Shown: one piece after another, positions 1 to 9,655 of the stretch
How positions within the stretch are numbered: position 1 is the first letter of the stretch
Layout of the letters: every line of letters starts with the position of its first letter
Assembly: GCA_965214095.1 (NCBI GenBank)
Contig: OZ243938.1
Location: 448,001 to 512,000 of the forward strand
DNA from: Candidatus Poribacteria bacterium
GTDB taxonomy: Bacteria; Poribacteria; WGA-4E; WGA-3G
Length of the DNA: 64,000 nucleotides
Reading direction: 5' to 3'
Position numbers and translations under genes: made by a program
Notes under the pieces: model-generated
Told to the model about the DNA's origin: nothing
The model's database searches: none
Seen by the model: the letters and a program-made list of their open reading frames with translations, nothing else

Positions 1-970
1 ACTTCCGAATTAGTCTGTCTATTTCGGTATCCTCTCCAAATTCGTGTATTCCTGGGGCAATAATAATCAACTCCCCATCGTCAGCCATTACCATACGGGT
101 CCGATAAATCGCTTTGTTTCCGAGCCAAGTGCTTCTAAATTCACGCGGATCCAAATAAACCACAGCTTTATTCAAAGGTTCATCCAAAAAAGTCATATTT
201 ACATTTCTACTCAATTCCGCTGCGATTTCAAATGTCTGCGCATCATCGCCGATGTATAGTCCACGCATAATTCGCTCACCATCTATATCTACATCCATAA
301 CACTCATGATATAGATAATTCCGAGTTGTTTCAGATAGTGGGAATGTGCATAATTCAGTACGCGTCTAACAGATGTATCTGTGCGACCCATTAACTTCTC
401 CATGCCATCAACAGCACCGAGGAAATGTGTCTTATTTATCATTTCAACCCCACCTGTTCCGACAAGTATATTCTTAAATCCGTTAGCAATACCGATAACT
501 TCATGCGGAATCACCTGTCCAACAGAGATAACCAGATCATATTCCCCTTCAACGATGTGACGATTAATTGCTACCGGTATACTATAATCCAGTTTCCCAC
601 CAGATACTTCACGGATAAACTCAGATGGCACTTCACCGAAAGTGAACAAACCAGATCGCCAATTATGTTCATGGTAAACTGCCTTCGGTAGTTCCCCATA
701 CATCTCAGCAATATGTTCACCCGTCATTGGGGCATGTGTACCGATAGCCGGAAGTATGTCAAAAACCTGACCATTTCCACTGTCCCAGAGTTCATATAGT
801 ATACGAGTGAGTTCACCAGCATTTGAATGCAAGCGCGTTATATCAGGCGGAATTATCAGTATTTTCTTGGGTATGCCACCCAACTTGAGCAGTGCCTCAT
901 GAATAAATGCCTTTTTCTCTTCAGTTGAAATAATTGAATCTTGTGCACCATGTGCTATGTATGTTGACAT
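1..970 (-). CDS. LarA/lactate racemase-family (DUF2088) nickel-pincer epimerase, truncated at the window edge
   Basis: Not in the ORF track because it runs off the edge. Hand translation from ATG at 970: MSTYIAHG...KKILIIPPDITRLHSNAG...ILPAIGTHAPMT...VGQVIPHEVIGIANGFKNILVG...STWLGNKAIYRTR. The PPDxTR, GTH and PHE motifs are typical of LarA homologs. Confidence 0.8.
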   Translation of the reverse strand, partial: MSTYIAHGAQDSIISTEEKKAFIHEALLKLGGIPKKILIIPPDITRLHSNAGELTRILYELWDSGNGQVFDILPAIGTHAPMTGEHIAEMYGELPKAVYHEHNWRSGLFTFGEVPSEFIREVSGGKLDYSIPVAINRHIVEGEYDLVISVGQVIPHEVIGIANGFKNILVGTGGVEMINKTHFLGAVDGMEKLMGRTDTSVRRVLNYAHSHYLKQLGIIYIMSVMDVDIDGERIMRGLYIGDDAQTFEIAAELSRNVNMTFLDEPLNKAVVYLDPREFRSTWLGNKAIYRTRMVMADDGELIIIAPGIHEFGEDTEIDRLIRK

Positions 971-1194
971 TATGTCTATCTCTTATGTCTATCTGAAAGT
1001 TATGAGGGTGGAAATGAAGATAACCACCTTCTATACATTGAAACTAAAAGCCCTGGACTCTCCGTTGTTTCTCATGAGTTAGGGATTACACTGACACAAC
1101 AAGGTGTTTGAAAGCAAGCACAAGTCTCAACGAATATCTGGACTGGCCAGGCATAATTGATAACGGAATGTTTTTAAAACTAAACAATCCTGGG

Positions 1195-1240
1195 AAACCG
1201 AACCTACCGTCGTGTGTAAATAATTATGGTTTTACTATAA
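1195..1240 (-). repeat. Partial MITE-like GTAG-REP repeat
   Basis: Reverse complement TTATAGTAAAACCATAATTATTTACACACGACGGTAGGTTCGGTTT is nearly identical to 21372-21419. Confidence 0.75.
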
Positions 1241-1241
1241 C

Positions 1242-2702
1242 CTATAATCTCTGTCGAAGTCTGAGAGATTTGACCCATCTTTGTGCCTTAGGTACCGATG
1301 TGTCAAAAGGTTCTTTCATTTCAAAACACTCGGTTTGTCCAGCATAGATATGGTGCCAGTCAACTATACACTGCATTTTATGCTTTTTGAGGTTTCGCAT
1401 AAGATACCCGCGAACTCTTGCACGTGTGTCAAGAGGGGCGTTGCTGATGGCATGACTAATTTGTTGGTCTGTGATAACACGTCTGATACACCCTTCGTTT
1501 TGAAGTGCGTAGAAGATACCGCTATCGGGGTCAATATTGTGGTATTCTAAATCAATGCTTTTGAGCCACGGGTCATCCCAGGAGAGTTCTTCATCTTCAA
1601 TTAATGCTTCAAGAAACCACTTTTTTGCTGCCCAATCAATCCGAGTTGTGAGTCGTGTCCAATCTACTTCAAGGTCATCAAGCACAGATTCCCACTCGGT
1701 GAGAACCCATTCATCAGTTTCGTTCATGTCAGTTATCATCTCTCGGACAAAGTTCACATATTCGCGTTGAATATCAATAGCCGTGACAACTCTACCGTTC
1801 TGCATCTCAATATCCCATTCAAGGGAAGTATCACGTGAAATATGTTTGATAGCAGCAATGGGGTCAAGGAGATCAATATTGGGCATGGGAAGTTTCTCGC
1901 CATAAATATCGTAATGTTTCTCAATAGCATCAAGGACGAGTGCAGTAGTGCCAACCTTCAGAGCAATGGCATATTCAGACATATTCGTATCACCGACAAG
2001 GAGATGTAGACGGCGGTATTTCGTATAGTCGCTAAGCGGTTCGTCTCGGGTATTGATGATAGCACGACTAAATTGAATCCATTCATAGATTTCAGTTACG
2101 ATATGGTCTGCTCTTTGTGATATTTGGTATCCGACAAAGTCGTCGACGCTATATTGTCCATCACCGAATTCAAGGATATCATCATATCCACCGACTCTCC
2201 CCGCACCAGCAAAAATTTGACGCGTTACGAAGAACGGCAGTAAGGTAGGAATAACAATTCTATAAAAGGGAACATCTCGACGTGCTTGAAAGTTTTCGTG
2301 GCATCCGAATGTGGCACCAGTGTAATGATCTATATTGTTTTTGTAGAAGGCGACGTGAGAAGAACGACTAGTGTCTTGCAGGATTGCAGTGATGACGTGT
2401 TCAATGGCTTTGTCATAAGCGATGAGGTCAAAAAGATTGGCACATTCTGGTGTGGCATATTCAAGGTGTCCCATGTCAATGTATAGTCGGCCCCCGTTGA
2501 ATAGAAAACCTCCATTGCCGGGTGGTTCACCCCAATCGCGATAATGGAGATCGGGGATGCCGAGTTCAAGTATTTTGAAGGTATAGTCCCTAACATTCGC
2601 AGCGACTCCTTCAGGAGATACTTTAATACGTTGGGTCTGCACCGTTGGCGGCTGTATCATGCACCCAAATTCAGTTTCGATTCCCATTATTCTGTGTGAC
2701 AT
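1242..2702 (-). CDS. pafA: Pup/UBact-protein ligase PafA-like
   Basis: RIMGIETEFG, NGGRLYIDMGHLEYATPEC, GCHENF and RRLHLLVGD motifs; last gene of the proteasome operon. Confidence 0.88.
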   Translation of the reverse strand: MSHRIMGIETEFGCMIQPPTVQTQRIKVSPEGVAANVRDYTFKILELGIPDLHYRDWGEPPGNGGFLFNGGRLYIDMGHLEYATPECANLFDLIAYDKAIEHVITAILQDTSRSSHVAFYKNNIDHYTGATFGCHENFQARRDVPFYRIVIPTLLPFFVTRQIFAGAGRVGGYDDILEFGDGQYSVDDFVGYQISQRADHIVTEIYEWIQFSRAIINTRDEPLSDYTKYRRLHLLVGDTNMSEYAIALKVGTTALVLDAIEKHYDIYGEKLPMPNIDLLDPIAAIKHISRDTSLEWDIEMQNGRVVTAIDIQREYVNFVREMITDMNETDEWVLTEWESVLDDLEVDWTRLTTRIDWAAKKWFLEALIEDEELSWDDPWLKSIDLEYHNIDPDSGIFYALQNEGCIRRVITDQQISHAISNAPLDTRARVRGYLMRNLKKHKMQCIVDWHHIYAGQTECFEMKEPFDTSVPKAQRWVKSLRLRQRL

Positions 2703-2716
2703 GGGTTATTCCTCAT

Positions 2717-3487
2717 TTAACTTATATCGCGGGCTGCCTGAATCTCATCTTGTGTTAGGATACGAAACTTTGTATCTGCGGGTAGAGTATCATCTAATAT
2801 ACCCACCTCAATTTCTCCATCCTCTAATTCGGTATCTATTATTTCTTCTATCTCTTCATCAGGCACTTCGGTGTCGTCCTCTGCCTCTTCAGAACGTTGA
2901 CTTAACACCCTACCGACTGCCCATGTTTTGAGTGCTAACTGCAGTGTAGAAGCAAGATCATTATTGTTACCATTTTGGGCAGTAGTCAGGTATTCTTGCA
3001 TTGAATTTTCAATTTCCAAGGTGCCGCCAATCACGGCAGAGTCATGATCTACTTTGACGTTCCCATCGTAGTTTATATGCGTAAATTGTGTTTGTTCATC
3101 ACCATTACCGATTTCGACGAGAAGCATTTTGATAATGTATGCTTCACCGACAATTGCTTCAAACGCTTGTTTGAAGGTATGTGCTAAAACATAATGGGTT
3201 AAACGGTGTAGGTTTACATCTTCGGTAGCACTTTGGAATGCTTGAACGCTTGCGGTGTCTGTTACAAGCATTCGGAGACGTTCAATGTCAGCGGGGTGAC
3301 CGATTGCGGAGAGTGCAATGCGGTCATGAACTTCAAATATTTTTTGGGCACCTTTTGTAACAGTCAATAGGAGGCAACCTTGTTCGTAGGGTAGTCCGAC
3401 AACAGGACTCCCGAGTCTGAGTTGGTCTTCAATATAGTCGCGCCGGTCCTGAATTGCTTCAATCCAACGATACGGCAGATCACGCAT
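2717..3487 (-). CDS. prcA: 20S proteasome alpha subunit
   Basis: PYRW..AIQDRRDYI..QL..GSPVV and KIFEVHDRIA motifs; directly follows the beta subunit. Confidence 0.88.
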   Translation of the reverse strand: MRDLPYRWIEAIQDRRDYIEDQLRLGSPVVGLPYEQGCLLLTVTKGAQKIFEVHDRIALSAIGHPADIERLRMLVTDTASVQAFQSATEDVNLHRLTHYVLAHTFKQAFEAIVGEAYIIKMLLVEIGNGDEQTQFTHINYDGNVKVDHDSAVIGGTLEIENSMQEYLTTAQNGNNNDLASTLQLALKTWAVGRVLSQRSEEAEDDTEVPDEEIEEIIDTELEDGEIEVGILDDTLPADTKFRILTQDEIQAARDIS

Positions 3488-4353
3488 TATGTAGCCTCCA
3501 CGTAACAGTCTTTTAGGAAATCATCAGAGAGTGTTTCTACTCCCTGTTGTGTTATGGTTTTAACAGTCGGAAAAATCTCGGCTTTTGCGTTGTAGCCGCT
3601 GGTTGCAGCGTCATATTCGCTTGCGGTGTCAAGAAGTCTTAAAATGGTGATAGTCGCTTGTTGTTGATCCATATCTTCTAATCGGGTTTCACCCCATCTG
3701 TCAATGTATCGTAGGACACCACGTATCCAGATGGAACCTGAACCGGTAGTAGCGAAATCCACATTCTCAAAATGTGCACCGAGTGCGTCATAGAAGTAAA
3801 TTTTACCACCATTCTCCGATTCGTCAGTTTGTGGTGCATACAAAGCGAAAATCGGAATAACCGCACCAATTCCCTGCAGTGCCATGGGAAGATTATCTCG
3901 GATAAGACGTGAAAGTGTACGAAGTTTACCTTCAATACTCAATTCTTGTAGCTGGCTTCGTCTGAAATATTGGAAAGAGTGTTTTAAAACACGTGCAATC
4001 TCATACGCCGTTGCGGGTGCACCAGAGATTGCAAGCACAGAATGTGAATCAATTGGAAGGACTTTCTCAGCACGGTCATGGATAACAGAGGTACCCGCAG
4101 TTGCACGCCGATCCCCTGCGATGATGATACCTTCGCTATAACGCATAGCAACAACCGTTGTGGCTTCCGGTATCTCCAACGTTTTACCATAAGTTGATTT
4201 TTCTTGCAATGGCAACTCTAACGCATCACGCATCGGCTTTGAAACATGTGTAAACTTTATATTGTCATCCGATGAGAGATTATCCATTTCAGGTGTGTCA
4301 TGCAAGATATCAGGGTGTTTTATCAAACTGAGAAAGTCACCTTTATGGTTCAT
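3487..4353 (-). CDS. prcB: 20S proteasome beta subunit with propeptide
   Basis: About 64-aa propeptide, then A-TTVVAM with the catalytic Thr; AGDRRAT and GSGS motifs. Confidence 0.92.
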   Translation of the reverse strand: MNHKGDFLSLIKHPDILHDTPEMDNLSSDDNIKFTHVSKPMRDALELPLQEKSTYGKTLEIPEATTVVAMRYSEGIIIAGDRRATAGTSVIHDRAEKVLPIDSHSVLAISGAPATAYEIARVLKHSFQYFRRSQLQELSIEGKLRTLSRLIRDNLPMALQGIGAVIPIFALYAPQTDESENGGKIYFYDALGAHFENVDFATTGSGSIWIRGVLRYIDRWGETRLEDMDQQQATITILRLLDTASEYDAATSGYNAKAEIFPTVKTITQQGVETLSDDFLKDCYVEAT

Positions 4354-4550
4354 TATTCCCCCGTTCTCTGACGGTATCGCCGGGATTGGTCTTTGTCAAC
4401 ACGGCGCATACGTTTGAGCAGTTCTTGAGTGTCCGGTCTGTTGACGTCTGGACGTTTCGGTGCATTATTGTCGTCTCCACCATCATCGGGTTCAAACGGT
4501 TTTGTCGGCTTCTGTTTGCGTTCGGGGTAATAGACAATCTGGTCTTTCAT
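4353..4550 (-). CDS. ubact: Ubiquitin-like modifier UBact
   Basis: 65-aa disordered protein between dop and prcB; C-terminus LLKRMRRVD...RYRQRTGE matches the UBact R[TS]G[EQ] end rather than the Pup GG[EQ] end; AGGAG RBS. Confidence 0.92.
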   Translation of the reverse strand: MKDQIVYYPERKQKPTKPFEPDDGGDDNNAPKRPDVNRPDTQELLKRMRRVDKDQSRRYRQRTGE

Positions 4551-4614
4551 CAGAATTTCTCCTTAATTTGCTTTATATAAGCAATTTTATAATCTGCCTC
4601 ATTTATAAAATGGG

Positions 4615-6135
4615 TTAGTTCAATCCAAGTTTTTCAACGAGGGTTTGGGGGTTTGGGGATAAGTCAAGTGCTTCATTATATTTCTGAGCAATTTCAGGAT
4701 TCGCGAGTGAGTTCATATTCACTGTAACAGGTTTGCCATCAATATCAAAGGTAATGCTGTCCCACTGTACAGTTCTGATTGCGTCTTCAAACTTGTTTAA
4801 GGACGTGCCGCGGAAATAAGCCCGTGTGTCAAGTGGAGGCGTGTGCATAGCAGTATGGACCTGTTCGTCTGATATAATCCGTTGCATCTGTAGACCATAG
4901 AACAAACCATCCTCAAGATTTATGTTGTGGTATTCTAAATCAATGCTCTGCAGCCATAGGTCATCCCATTCAATACCCTCCGATTCCACGAATGTCTCCA
5001 ACAACCATTTTTTCGCTACCCAATCAAGGCGATCTGTAAGACGCATTGGATCATCTTCAAGAGCATTCAACGTTTGTTCCCATTCTGTCAACACCCAATC
5101 TGTCTCATCACTTAGATGTGCAAGATGTTTTTGTGCCAGTGCAAGATATTCACGTTGATGATCAATAGCACTCATCATTTTTCCATCAACTTTTTGTATC
5201 ATCCAACGATACGTCTGATCATGCGAAATAATTTTGATAGTATCAATCGGGTTCGCGATTGCAAACGATTTTGGAATAAGCCGTTGTTCTATTAATTCAA
5301 TAACAAGCGCAGTCGTTCCGACTTTGAGAGCGGTCGCGTATTCGGACATATTTGCGTCTCCGACGATACCGTGTAGTCTTCGATATTTCGCAGGATCAGC
5401 GTGCGGCTCGTCCCGAGTGTTGACAATGGGACGTTTGTGCATCGTATCTACACTTGCTTCAACGTGAAAGAAGTCAGCACGTTGTGTAAGTTGAAAATGT
5501 CCGGGGGTTGCAAGTCCTGCTTCTGTTTCTATACCTATTTTCCCTGCCCCAGCATAAATCTGCCGTGTAACAAAAAACGGTAGAATACTGGATTTCAGGT
5601 AATCAAAGGGTACTTCACGTGCCATTAGGTAGTTGTCGTGGCATCCATAACTATGTCCATAAAAATCAGTATTGTTTTTGTATAGTAGGACACGTTGTCC
5701 GAGTTCTTCGCTCCGTCTTTCAGCACATTCTTGAAGTATGCGTTCACCCGCTTTGTCGTGTGCGACGAGGTCAAAAAGGTTTTGGCATTCTGGTGTTGAA
5801 TATTCAGGATGTGCATGGTCATTATATAGACGCGCACCATTGATAAGAATGCGGTCACTTTTTATCTCACGAAAGGAACGCCCCGGTTGCTCTGCAAATC
5901 GTTCCTTATCTTTTTTCTCTTCTTCAACTTCATCTGGATGGTTGCTGAGCTGTTTGGCTCGAAACCCGCGTTCATCCCGAAACGGGTCTTCACCGTCATA
6001 ATCCCATTGCGGTAAAATTTTGTGGTCACACTGATAATGCTTGATTAACTCTATGGATTCCTTAACAGGATCAATTTGCTCAGCATTCTCAAGGGTTATA
6101 CCGTATTCGGTTTCAATTCCAAATAGTCTGTGCAT
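4615..6135 (-). CDS. dop: Depupylase/deamidase Dop (PafA2 family)
   Basis: LFGIETEYGI, W-DY loop and NGARLYNDHAHPEYSTPEC (Dop-type) motifs. Confidence 0.9.
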   Translation of the reverse strand: MHRLFGIETEYGITLENAEQIDPVKESIELIKHYQCDHKILPQWDYDGEDPFRDERGFRAKQLSNHPDEVEEEKKDKERFAEQPGRSFREIKSDRILINGARLYNDHAHPEYSTPECQNLFDLVAHDKAGERILQECAERRSEELGQRVLLYKNNTDFYGHSYGCHDNYLMAREVPFDYLKSSILPFFVTRQIYAGAGKIGIETEAGLATPGHFQLTQRADFFHVEASVDTMHKRPIVNTRDEPHADPAKYRRLHGIVGDANMSEYATALKVGTTALVIELIEQRLIPKSFAIANPIDTIKIISHDQTYRWMIQKVDGKMMSAIDHQREYLALAQKHLAHLSDETDWVLTEWEQTLNALEDDPMRLTDRLDWVAKKWLLETFVESEGIEWDDLWLQSIDLEYHNINLEDGLFYGLQMQRIISDEQVHTAMHTPPLDTRAYFRGTSLNKFEDAIRTVQWDSITFDIDGKPVTVNMNSLANPEIAQKYNEALDLSPNPQTLVEKLGLN

Positions 6136-6201
6136 TATTTGTGTCTTTCTGTTTACTTTGGTATTCTGATAGAAGTGTGAAGTGCCACGTTGAAAATATC
6201 T

Positions 6202-7977
6202 TTAAATAACCGGACTCGGTGATTTACGAGGTTCCCTCTTTTCAGACTGAATAGGAGTAACTTTGACAACATTCACTGGATCATAATCTAATAGTTTGAG
6301 CCAATCCTCTGTAGCCTCAGTCGGTGGGAAAATATCATTTTCGCTAAATTCTGCTTGGAGTGCGTTTAATAGGTCGTCTATGGTTATACCTATATCTGTA
6401 TCAGGGGCTGCGATAGCACGTTTCATCGCCGTTTCTTTTGCCCTTTGAACGACAGACTCAATGATTGCACCACTACAGAGATGACCACGGTAAAGGACAT
6501 CGCGTCTGCCACTGCGGAGTGCAACTTCAAGGAACCGGTTTTCGGATGATTCGCGAAACATTTCATCTGCGACTTGTGCTATCAAATTATCAACTACCTC
6601 TTGGTCTGCTGTTTCTCCAGGTTCAGTTTCAATTGGAAGATCAGGAGTAAGGTAGATACTGAATATATCCTTCGCAGCTTCTTTATTCGGACGTGTCACT
6701 TTAATTTTTCTATCGATACGTCCAGGACGGAGAATAGCGGGATCAATCAAGTCAGGTCGGTTCGTTGCCAGAATAATGACGACCTCTTGTAACGGCTCAA
6801 TACCGTCCATTTCCGCACAGAACATCGGAACTAATGTGTTGGAAATGCTATGTGATCTCATAGCACGACGTGTCCCTAATATAGACTCTGCTTCATCTAT
6901 AAATACAAATGAAAGTTTACCTTCTTCCCGTTTTTCACGCGCAGCCAGAAAGATTTCTCTCACTTTACGTTCCGATTCACCGAGCCACATATTGAGGATT
7001 TCAGGACCTTTAATGTGTAGAAAAGTTCCTTCAATCTCTTCACCTGTTTCAGTCTTGAGTTGTTCTGTTAGGTTGTAAGCAGTCGCTTTTCCAATAAGTG
7101 TTTTGCCACAACCTGGAGGACCGTGGAGCAGAAATCCTTTCGGCACTGAATACTGAAACTTCTTAAAAAGTTCCGGATGCAAAATCGGTTGTTCAATAGT
7201 GTCTTTAATCCGCTGAATGGTTTCGTCAAGTCCACCGACTTTTGACCATGGAATTTCGGGCACTGCTTCAAGGGAGTAGTCGTTCCGCTCTTTAGAAGCA
7301 ATACGTTCAAGTGCCACTCTTAAACTTCCATCAAGTCGGACTTCATCACCTGACTTCAACTTCACATCTACTAAATCTGCAGCACGTTCAATAATAACAG
7401 ATTGTAAACTCGGTTCAGACCCGACACGAAGCCTTCCATCTGGCAGCACATCGGCAATTGTTGCAATTGGTCCTGATTCGTTATAACCAAGATCACCCAC
7501 CACGACGAACGCTTCGTTCAGCAGAACACTCACACCTTTCTTTAGGTTAGCCTTTTCTAGTTGCGGGTCAATATTCGCATAATACTCCGACCCACCAACA
7601 GTGACGCGCGCTGTGTCGTCTTCTGGGACTGCAAGGAGAGTTCCAATACGGTTTGCTGGTGCCGTAAGCTTTTCAATTTGTTCTTCCATCTCAGTATGGA
7701 TACGCATCGCTTCCTGTTCAATAGCGCGGATTCTTTGACGGAATTCCCCTTCATCGTTGATGATCGCACGACGCAATTCTATAAGCATACGCCGTCTTTG
7801 GTCTTCAACCGGTGTATCTGAGATGATTTGATGCACCAATTGTAGAGAATAGCCAGAACTCAATTCTTCTTGCAAATCCTCAACATCATCATATTCCACC
7901 TCATCTTCGTCTTCAAAAAATAGTTTATGATCATCAGGACCTATGCCAGTATTGCTCCGGTTCTTCTTATCGTACAT
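6202..7977 (-). CDS. arc: Proteasome-associated AAA+ ATPase ARC/Mpa
   Basis: N-terminal coiled coil and OB domains, Walker A GPPGCGKT, Walker B FIDE, and SRH ATNRPDLIDPAILRPGRID. Start moved from 8028 to ATG 7977 because of a GAGGAG RBS (7986 is an alternative). Confidence 0.9.
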   Translation of the reverse strand: MYDKKNRSNTGIGPDDHKLFFEDEDEVEYDDVEDLQEELSSGYSLQLVHQIISDTPVEDQRRRMLIELRRAIINDEGEFRQRIRAIEQEAMRIHTEMEEQIEKLTAPANRIGTLLAVPEDDTARVTVGGSEYYANIDPQLEKANLKKGVSVLLNEAFVVVGDLGYNESGPIATIADVLPDGRLRVGSEPSLQSVIIERAADLVDVKLKSGDEVRLDGSLRVALERIASKERNDYSLEAVPEIPWSKVGGLDETIQRIKDTIEQPILHPELFKKFQYSVPKGFLLHGPPGCGKTLIGKATAYNLTEQLKTETGEEIEGTFLHIKGPEILNMWLGESERKVREIFLAAREKREEGKLSFVFIDEAESILGTRRAMRSHSISNTLVPMFCAEMDGIEPLQEVVIILATNRPDLIDPAILRPGRIDRKIKVTRPNKEAAKDIFSIYLTPDLPIETEPGETADQEVVDNLIAQVADEMFRESSENRFLEVALRSGRRDVLYRGHLCSGAIIESVVQRAKETAMKRAIAAPDTDIGITIDDLLNALQAEFSENDIFPPTEATEDWLKLLDYDPVNVVKVTPIQSEKREPRKSPSPVI

Positions 7978-8504
7978 TGTGGACATCTCCTCGGACTGAT
8001 AGAGTGACTTTACGATAAAGTTTACCACATTTCTAACTTAATATGTGAATTTTAATGCATCTTAGCAAATTAATCAACTATCTTCTTTTTGATAGTCTTT
8101 GCTAAAAGTTTGCTTTTCTGTGGCAATTGTCATGAGTCTATCATATTCTGCATACACGTTGCAAGTTAAATGAAGGTGTTTTATCAATTACCTAACCAAT
8201 GAATTGCCATTAAAGAGTACAGGAAATACATTTTTTTAGAAAGTTCTTTAGTTTACCATGCTTTATGCTTCATGACAAGTTAAAAGAGGAGTGTGCATAA
8301 AGAAAAGCAATCTCAAATATGGTCTTAAAAGTAGTAGGCACGCTCCGCGTGCCGTCCACAAGATCAAAGCATCTCTATAGATTATACTACCACAAATGTG
8401 ACAATTATATATAAAGAAATACTTGATGAGAGACGCAGTCAATGTTGGCACATCATATATTTATGCACACCCCTCAGTTAAAAGGAAGATTGGCAGGGTT
8501 ATTT

Positions 8505-8640
8505 ATAGTGAAATTTGAAATTAACAATACACTTTACATTTAGAAAAACGCGTTTGTAGTCGCGCAATTCATTGCACCTCTTACATTCTATGAATAGGCA
8601 ATTGGGACAATATGTTTCATTAAATGTAAATTTTACTATA
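8505..8640. repeat. MITE-like element with an internal GTAG-REP hairpin
   Basis: Terminal inverted repeats TATAGTGAAATTT...AAATTTTACTATA; internal GTAGTCGCGCAATTCATTGCACC recurs at 52372-52394. Confidence 0.65.
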
Positions 8641-8823
8641 GTTTTCGGTTTTTCTGCTATATTTTTCACATTTCAATATAACAACCTACGATATAAACTC
8701 TCAGTAACGTTCATCAATTGAAAATTATTAAAACTAAATAACCCTGAATTTTGATATGACTTGTTCATCAAGATGTGGTATCATGATTAATACGTCCAAA
8801 TGTGCTAAAAGGAGAAACCAACA

Positions 8824-9648
8824 GTGTCTCAACAAAAACACAATGGTTGGGCAGAACGGTATATCAATGATGGTTATCTAATGCTACCAGATGTAATCAC
8901 ACCAGACGAATGTGATGCATTAAAATCGGAAATGTTGAAAATCTTCCGGGGTGATTATGAATGCACCGCAATTCCACCGATGCCAGAAGATGCAACTGAA
9001 ACCGAGATCTTAGACAGAATAATGTGTGTCGGTGAACCACATTCTTTTAGTCCTCTCATCAGAAGGTATGTTGAACATCCCAAAATCTGTACTATCCTAC
9101 AAGAGATTGTCGGTGCACACATCCCCTTCTGGGATGGTGGTGTGAAGTGTATGCAGTCAATGATGTTAGGTAAAGTGCCAGGACATACAGGTAACCCGTG
9201 GCATCAAGACGAACACCCTATACCCACGCGCGACCGATCACTCGTTGGTGCGTGGATTGCATTAGACGATGCCACTGTTGATAACGGATGTATATGGGTT
9301 CTACCCAACAGTCATCGATCCGGTGTGATTTATGATAGGCATCCACACAATAAACGCGATGAGTTTGACAGTTGTCATGAAGCGGCTGGTTTTGACGATT
9401 CAGATGAAATACCAATTGAAATGACAGCGGGAAACGTCCTCTTTTTCAACGGTTATCTGTTGCATCGTTCAAAGAAGAATAGAAGTAACACCTATCGGCG
9501 CGTACTGGTAAGTCATTACTGTTCAACTGCTTCTTGGCTTGGATGGAAAGGACAAAGGAATTATCGTGGTGTTGTTGTCGTTTCGGGGGAAGACCCTTAT
9601 GCCGAAGAGGGGTATATCACGCCAAATGCTTGGGCAAGATGGGAATAA
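8824..9648 (+). CDS. Phytanoyl-CoA dioxygenase (PhyH) family Fe/2OG dioxygenase
   Basis: WHQD, WIALDDAT.DNGC and LLHRS..N motifs; AGGAG RBS with GTG start. Confidence 0.9.
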   Translation: MSQQKHNGWAERYINDGYLMLPDVITPDECDALKSEMLKIFRGDYECTAIPPMPEDATETEILDRIMCVGEPHSFSPLIRRYVEHPKICTILQEIVGAHIPFWDGGVKCMQSMMLGKVPGHTGNPWHQDEHPIPTRDRSLVGAWIALDDATVDNGCIWVLPNSHRSGVIYDRHPHNKRDEFDSCHEAAGFDDSDEIPIEMTAGNVLFFNGYLLHRSKKNRSNTYRRVLVSHYCSTASWLGWKGQRNYRGVVVVSGEDPYAEEGYITPNAWARWE

Positions 9649-9655
9649 AAATGTA

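Noticed and set aside
4353-4550. Actinobacterial-type Pup
   Set aside because: The C-terminus is RTGE (UBact), not GGE/GGQ.
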